DNA of 23,433 nucleotides from Bacteroidales bacterium (lineage in GTDB: Bacteria; Bacteroidota; Bacteroidia; Bacteroidales; UBA12077). The position numbers and the translations under genes are program-made. Each line of letters begins with the position of its first letter. The stretch's first letter is position 1. Shown in pieces: positions 18,977-23,433 of this stretch. The notes beneath the pieces were generated by a model. The model worked only from the letters and a program-made list of their open reading frames with translations, made no database searches and had not been told where the DNA came from. Location of the stretch: positions 1 to 23,433 of the forward strand of contig JANQHR010000048.1 in NCBI GenBank assembly GCA_028282585.1. The letters are read 5' to 3'.

Positions 18977-20113
18977 ATGTACAATAGAAAAAATACGATA
19001 GATTTTTTTTCTGCGTCGGAATTATTTCTACAAGATACAGTTATAAATTCATCTGTTGTAGTTCCACAAACTGCAACAAGGTCTCAAGATACTGTTTTAA
19101 CAAGTCCGGTAAGACAAATAGATTTTTCATCCATAGACTCTATTCTTCGTAAAAGTGAGGAGAGGGAGCGTCAAATTCAACTCCAAGCTGAACGCCAAAC
19201 ATCAATCGTGAGATGGAGACAAAGAAAGATTGATACTACAGAAATTCTTTATAAACAGTTTGGTATTGCTAACTTTCCTATTAAAGCTAACTTAGATAAC
19301 GATTCGTTTCAGCAAAATTTTTTATATAGTTTACAAGTCGTAAAGCCTGAAAAAAAAGAAACCAAACAAACTGTATTCATTGAAGAGCCTCAAAACGAGA
19401 ACCAAAATAGACTTGTAAAAGAAATCAAAAAGGATACTGTAATTATTCCAAAGTCAGTTCCAAACAGAATACAATTCGATTGGATAACAATATTACTTAT
19501 TGCTTCTTTCCTTCTGCTCGGCTGGATACGCCTTTTTAATAAGAAATATCTTATATCGTTGGTAAAATCCATAATTAGTTTTCAGGAATCAAATACTTTA
19601 TACCGGGAAAAGAATACCCTTATGGAGAGAGCTTCATTTATGGTTAACTTGTTGTTTTTAAGCAATATATCAGTGTTTGTAATTCAATTACGGCATTTTT
19701 GGAAATTAAGTTTAAATAATATTGATGATTTGACTTTATACTTTATTGTATTTGGTTGTTTGTTAGTTATTTACGCTTTTAGAGCAATTTCGTCTTTATT
19801 TATTGGTTACGTATTTCTTAAACAAAAGGTATTTGCAGAGTACTTTCATAATGTTAACATTTACACTAAGAATACCGGATTATTTTTATTTCCGGTAATT
19901 ATTACGTTACAATTTTTATCATTTCACTATCTGCCTTTTATTGTTTATATAGGTTTAATTTTATCAGCTGCATTGTACTTATTGCAGGCTATACGTTCAT
20001 TTCAAATAATTATTCGTAAGAATGTTTCTATATTTTATATGATTTTGTATCTTTGTGCTTTCGAATTTACGCCCTTTTTGATTATTTATAAGATATTATT
20101 ATCACTCGCATAA
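18977..20113 (+). CDS. DUF4271-like integral membrane protein with a long hydrophilic N-terminal region
   Basis: About 6-7 TM segments in the C-terminal ~210 aa ending in FYMILYLCAFEFTP; adjacent to hemD; start ATG 18977 or TTG 18959. Confidence 0.75.
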   Translation: MYNRKNTIDFFSASELFLQDTVINSSVVVPQTATRSQDTVLTSPVRQIDFSSIDSILRKSEERERQIQLQAERQTSIVRWRQRKIDTTEILYKQFGIANFPIKANLDNDSFQQNFLYSLQVVKPEKKETKQTVFIEEPQNENQNRLVKEIKKDTVIIPKSVPNRIQFDWITILLIASFLLLGWIRLFNKKYLISLVKSIISFQESNTLYREKNTLMERASFMVNLLFLSNISVFVIQLRHFWKLSLNNIDDLTLYFIVFGCLLVIYAFRAISSLFIGYVFLKQKVFAEYFHNVNIYTKNTGLFLFPVIITLQFLSFHYLPFIVYIGLILSAALYLLQAIRSFQIIIRKNVSIFYMILYLCAFEFTPFLIIYKILLSLA

Positions 20114-20157
20114 TGAGGAGTTTAAAGGTTTTGAAAGAAAAATCCAAATAAGTTTAC

Positions 20158-20910
20158 ATGAAAATTAAAAAGATTTTAGTATCACAACCGGAACCAAAAA
20201 ATGACAAATCCCCCTATTCGGAGTTGGCAGAAAAGAATAATCTGAAAATTGATTTCAGACCATTCATTCAGGTGGAAGGGGTTCCTGTTAAAGAGTTTAG
20301 GCAAGAAAGAATCGATATTCTTTCCCATACAGGAGTTATTTTTACAAGTAGGACTGCTGTTGATAATTATTTTAGAATTGCTGAGGAGCTTAGAGTTACG
20401 ATTCCAGATACCATGAAATACTTTTGCATATCAGAAGCAACTGCATTTTATTTGCAAAAGTACATAGTATATCGTAAACGAAAGATTTTCTATGGTAATG
20501 GAACTTTTGCCAGTTTAATGGAAACTATTAAAAAGCATAAAGACGAGAAATTCTTAGTTCCATTATCTGATACTCATAAGGAAGAAATTCCAAAAAAACT
20601 TGAACAGGCAAAAATTAAATATACCAAAGCGATTATGTATAGAACCGTAAGTGCGGATTTATCTGATCTCTCTGATGTAAATTATGATATGCTTGTATTT
20701 TATAGTCCTTCAGGAATTAAATCGTTAGTAGAAAACTTCCCTGATTTTAAGCAAAATGAAACACAGATAGCAACTTTCGGTCCTAAAACTGCTAAGGCTG
20801 TTAAAGATGCAGGTTTAAAGGTTAATGTTAAAGCACCTACTAAAGAAGCCCCATCTATGACCATGGCAATCGATCAGTTTATTAATGCAAATGGTAAACC
20901 TAAGAAATAA
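20158..20910 (+). CDS. hemD: Uroporphyrinogen-III synthase family protein (Bacteroidota type)
   Basis: MKIKKILVSQPEP, IDFRPFI, VIFTSRTAVD, YLQKYIVYRKRKI, YRTV, VFYSPSGIKS, FGPKT. Confidence 0.9.
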   Translation: MKIKKILVSQPEPKNDKSPYSELAEKNNLKIDFRPFIQVEGVPVKEFRQERIDILSHTGVIFTSRTAVDNYFRIAEELRVTIPDTMKYFCISEATAFYLQKYIVYRKRKIFYGNGTFASLMETIKKHKDEKFLVPLSDTHKEEIPKKLEQAKIKYTKAIMYRTVSADLSDLSDVNYDMLVFYSPSGIKSLVENFPDFKQNETQIATFGPKTAKAVKDAGLKVNVKAPTKEAPSMTMAIDQFINANGKPKK

Positions 20911-20929
20911 GTTTAAAATTGATAAATTC

Positions 20930-20963
20930 AAAACGGGGCTTGCTTTGCATACCCCGTTTTTTT
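20930..20963 (+). terminator. Rho-independent terminator after hemD
   Basis: AAAACGGGG...TGC-TTT-GCA...CCCCGTTTT followed by more T. Confidence 0.88.
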
Positions 20964-20997
20964 ATGATTCTTATTAATAAAAATTAAGAGAATACAT

Positions 20998-21005
20998 TAA
21001 TTTTG
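20998..21005 (+). promoter_or_regulatory. -7 element immediately upstream of rnpA
   Basis: TAATTTTG, only 3 nt before ATG 21009. Confidence 0.55.
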
Positions 21006-21008
21006 AAT

Positions 21009-21401
21009 ATGCAATTAGTCAAGCATACATTTAAAAAACACGAACGGCTTAAAAGTCACAAAGTGATCACAGAATTATTTAACTCGGGAAAAATAATTCA
21101 TTCACACCCTTTAAAAGTTTTGTATTTGCTTTCAGATGAAGTGAATACAGAATTTCCTGCACAATTTGCGGTAAGCGTATCCAAAAAGAACTTTAAACGT
21201 GCAGTCGAAAGGAATTATATAAAACGAAAGGTAAGGGAAACTTATCGTTTGAATAAACATTTATTCTACAAAGAATTAATCCAGAACAATAAAAAAGCTT
21301 ATTTGTTTGTAATATATACAGCTACTGAAGATTTACATATTACGTTTATTGAAAAAGGCATTAAAAATTTAATTACAAAACTCTTAAAAAAAATATCTTA
21401 A
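21009..21401 (+). CDS. rnpA: Ribonuclease P protein component
   Basis: TFKKHERLKS, VSVSKKNFKRAVERNYIKRKVRETYR (RNR-type motif). Confidence 0.94.
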   Translation: MQLVKHTFKKHERLKSHKVITELFNSGKIIHSHPLKVLYLLSDEVNTEFPAQFAVSVSKKNFKRAVERNYIKRKVRETYRLNKHLFYKELIQNNKKAYLFVIYTATEDLHITFIEKGIKNLITKLLKKIS

Positions 21402-21492
21402 GTTGTATCTGTTTAATTAATTTAAAATCAAGCTTAAGAGTTAAAAAAAGTTAATATAAGCTTGTGTTTATACGATCGCACTTAATTATCTA

Positions 21493-21500
21493 TATTTTTG
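21493..21500 (+). promoter_or_regulatory. -7 element upstream of the S41 peptidase
   Basis: TATTTTTG matches TAnnTTTG. Confidence 0.55.
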
Positions 21501-21545
21501 TAGACATTGGTAAGAAAATTGAAGTAGATAAGAAAAATTTAAAAT

Positions 21546-23318
21546 ATGAGAACAAAAGGAAAAAAAAGAAAACCCATGCTTTATGCATTAATAGCGATGA
21601 TTGGAATTGCTGTATTTTGGGGTTTTAAAGAAGGGGATGATTTTAAAATTGCGAAAAGTTTAGATATTTATTATTCACTATTTCGTGACGTAAATATTTA
21701 CTATGTAGATGATACAGATCCGGAAGAAATGGTTGAAAATAGTATCAATGCAATGTTAGAAGAGCTGGATCCTTATACCGTTTATATTCCGGAAAAAAAT
21801 AAAGACGAGTTTACCTTTATGACAACTGGTCAGTATGGTGGAATTGGAGCGTTGATTAGAAATAGTGGAGAATATCCTATAGTAGCCCAGCCATACAGAG
21901 ATTTTCCCGCAGATAAAGCAGGTTTAAAAGCTGGAGATCGAATCTTGGAAATAGATGGAAAGCCAACCAATGAATATCGTTTAAATGAAGTCAGTAATAG
22001 ACTAAAAGGAATTCCTCAAACTAAAGTGAAACTATTAATTGAACGCCCATACTCGGAGGAAAAAATAGAGAAGGAGTTAGTTAGAGAAGAAATAAAGATT
22101 AAGAGTATTCCATACTATGGTTTGTTGGAAGATGCTGTAGGATACATCCGTGTAACCAAGTTTACTCCGGATGTTTCAAAGGAAGTTAAAGATGCTTTGC
22201 GTGATTTAAAATCAGAACATCAAATTACTTCGTTGATTTTAGATTTGAGAGGAAATCCGGGAGGATATTTATACGAAGCACCTAAAATGTGTAATTTATT
22301 TGTAGATAAAGGAGAGGAAATTGTAAGTACAAAGGGAAAAGTGCAAAAATGGAATCAAACCTTAAAAACAACAGATTTTCCTTATGATACTGAAATTCCA
22401 TTAGTTGTGTTGGTTAATCGAGGTTCAGCTTCAGCATCGGAAATTGTGGCAGGAGCATTACAAGACCTTGATAGAGCTGTTGTATTGGGCCAAAGAACTT
22501 TCGGAAAAGGTTTAGTTCAAACTACTATTCCGTTAAGTTACAATGCTCAGGTAAAAGTTACTACTGCAAAATACTACATTCCAAGTGGACGTTGTATTCA
22601 AGCTTTAGATTATACCAACAGAAATGATGACGGTAGCGTAGGACATATTCCAGATTCTCTTATTTCTGAGTTCCAAACAAGAAAAGGAAGAAAAGTTTAT
22701 GATGGTGGAGGCATTATTCCCGATATTAAGGTTGAACCTGAGGAAATTAGCCAGTTAACTATTAACTTATTAACACAAAATGTTATTTTCGATTTTGCAA
22801 CAAAGTTTGCACATGATAATTCTGAAATTCCTGGTGTAAAAGAATTTGAAATAACAGATGATATTTATAATCAATTTGTTCAGTTTGCATTAAAAGATAG
22901 TTTTAATTATGAAACTCAAAGTGAGAAAGAATTAAAGAAATTGGAAAAAATAGTAAAACGGGAAAAATATTTTGATAAAGCTGAAGCGGAGTTAAAAGCA
23001 TTAAAGGACAAATTAAATAATGATAAAGAAACTGATTTATTAAGTTTTAAAGATGAGATTATACAATTCTTAAGAGATGAAATTGTTGGTCGTTACTATT
23101 ATGAGGATGGGCAAATTCAAACAAATTTAAAAGATGATATTCAACTTCATAAGGCTATTGAAGTTATAAAAGATGGAAACCAATATAAGTCTATATTATC
23201 ATCTGACTTTGAGAATAAAGAGCAGTTAGGAATGAAAATTAGTATGTTGGATAATACAATTCTGAAAGAGAAAGAAGAAAGCATGGAAGACTTTTTTTAC
23301 CAATCTATGATAAATTAA
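21546..23318 (+). CDS. S41A carboxy-terminal processing protease (CtpA/Prc-like, PDZ)
   Basis: N-terminal TM/signal, LDPYT, GGIG PDZ loop, LDLRGNPGG, catalytic SASASEI and TFGKG, GGGIIPD. Confidence 0.94.
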   Translation: MRTKGKKRKPMLYALIAMIGIAVFWGFKEGDDFKIAKSLDIYYSLFRDVNIYYVDDTDPEEMVENSINAMLEELDPYTVYIPEKNKDEFTFMTTGQYGGIGALIRNSGEYPIVAQPYRDFPADKAGLKAGDRILEIDGKPTNEYRLNEVSNRLKGIPQTKVKLLIERPYSEEKIEKELVREEIKIKSIPYYGLLEDAVGYIRVTKFTPDVSKEVKDALRDLKSEHQITSLILDLRGNPGGYLYEAPKMCNLFVDKGEEIVSTKGKVQKWNQTLKTTDFPYDTEIPLVVLVNRGSASASEIVAGALQDLDRAVVLGQRTFGKGLVQTTIPLSYNAQVKVTTAKYYIPSGRCIQALDYTNRNDDGSVGHIPDSLISEFQTRKGRKVYDGGGIIPDIKVEPEEISQLTINLLTQNVIFDFATKFAHDNSEIPGVKEFEITDDIYNQFVQFALKDSFNYETQSEKELKKLEKIVKREKYFDKAEAELKALKDKLNNDKETDLLSFKDEIIQFLRDEIVGRYYYEDGQIQTNLKDDIQLHKAIEVIKDGNQYKSILSSDFENKEQLGMKISMLDNTILKEKEESMEDFFYQSMIN

Positions 23319-23334
23319 GAACTAAAATAAAAGT

Positions 23335-23370
23335 AAAGAGGCTGTCCAAAAAGTAAAAGGACAGCCTTTT
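23335..23370. terminator. Terminator-like hairpin after the S41 gene
   Basis: AGGCTGTCC-N11-GGACAGCCT with T-run on the right and A-run on the left. Confidence 0.75.
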
Positions 23371-23371
23371 A

Positions 23372-23425
23372 ATTTTGTTGTCCCCTTAAAATTTACGATC
23401 TTAAGGGTCGGTATGACAACAAGAT
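23372..23425. other. Second bulged hairpin of unknown role (single copy)
   Basis: TTGTTGTC/GACAACAA outer stem, CCCTTAA/TTAAGGG inner stem, 7-nt bulge TCGGTAT. Confidence 0.55.
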
Positions 23426-23433
23426 CAAAGATA

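Noticed and set aside
1653-19572. Short ORFs in the track that lie within or opposite larger genes (e.g. 5925-6227, 9972-10310, 13608-13931, 16146-16397)
   Set aside because: Antisense or alternative-frame shadows of well-supported genes, with no recognisable motifs.
21429-21464. CAAGCTTA-N20-TAAGCTTG inverted repeat
   Set aside because: Mostly two self-palindromic AAGCTT hexamers with a long loop; weak evidence.
1-23433. Alternative genetic code, selenocysteine recoding or programmed frameshift
   Set aside because: All recognisable genes appear full-length under the standard bacterial code with no internal stops.

Overview
Gene-dense, AT-rich (roughly 30% GC by eye) core-genome segment of a Bacteroidota bacterium, probably a Bacteroidales/Marinilabiliales-like lineage, judged from TAnnTTTG promoters, no evident Shine-Dalgarno motifs and the gene order. 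It holds 22 CDS, 19 on the + strand: nadA, an exported MORN/YwqK-repeat protein, ruvB, cupin, Crp/Fnr regulator (-), OsmC/YhfA, pheS (-), lipoprotein cyclophilin (-), MOP flippase, dut, TPR lipoprotein, EnvC-like M23 protein, RsbW-like GHKL protein, ybeY, mnmG, ade, uvrC, DUF4271-like protein, hemD-like, rnpA and an S41 protease. The clearest non-coding signal is a tandem pair of perfect parS palindromes directly after mnmG, plus a 14/16 parS-like site inside pheS, which indicates an origin-proximal location. I see no transposase, integrase, cas gene, rRNA or tRNA, and no clearly novel multi-gene system. The best leads are a single GTTGT...ACAAC hairpin at the right edge resembling Bacteroidota CRISPR repeats, an orphan RsbW-like kinase coupled to ybeY-mnmG, adenine deaminase in the slot I recall apt occupying, a divergent crp/yhfA-like pair, and a possibly leaderless rnpA.
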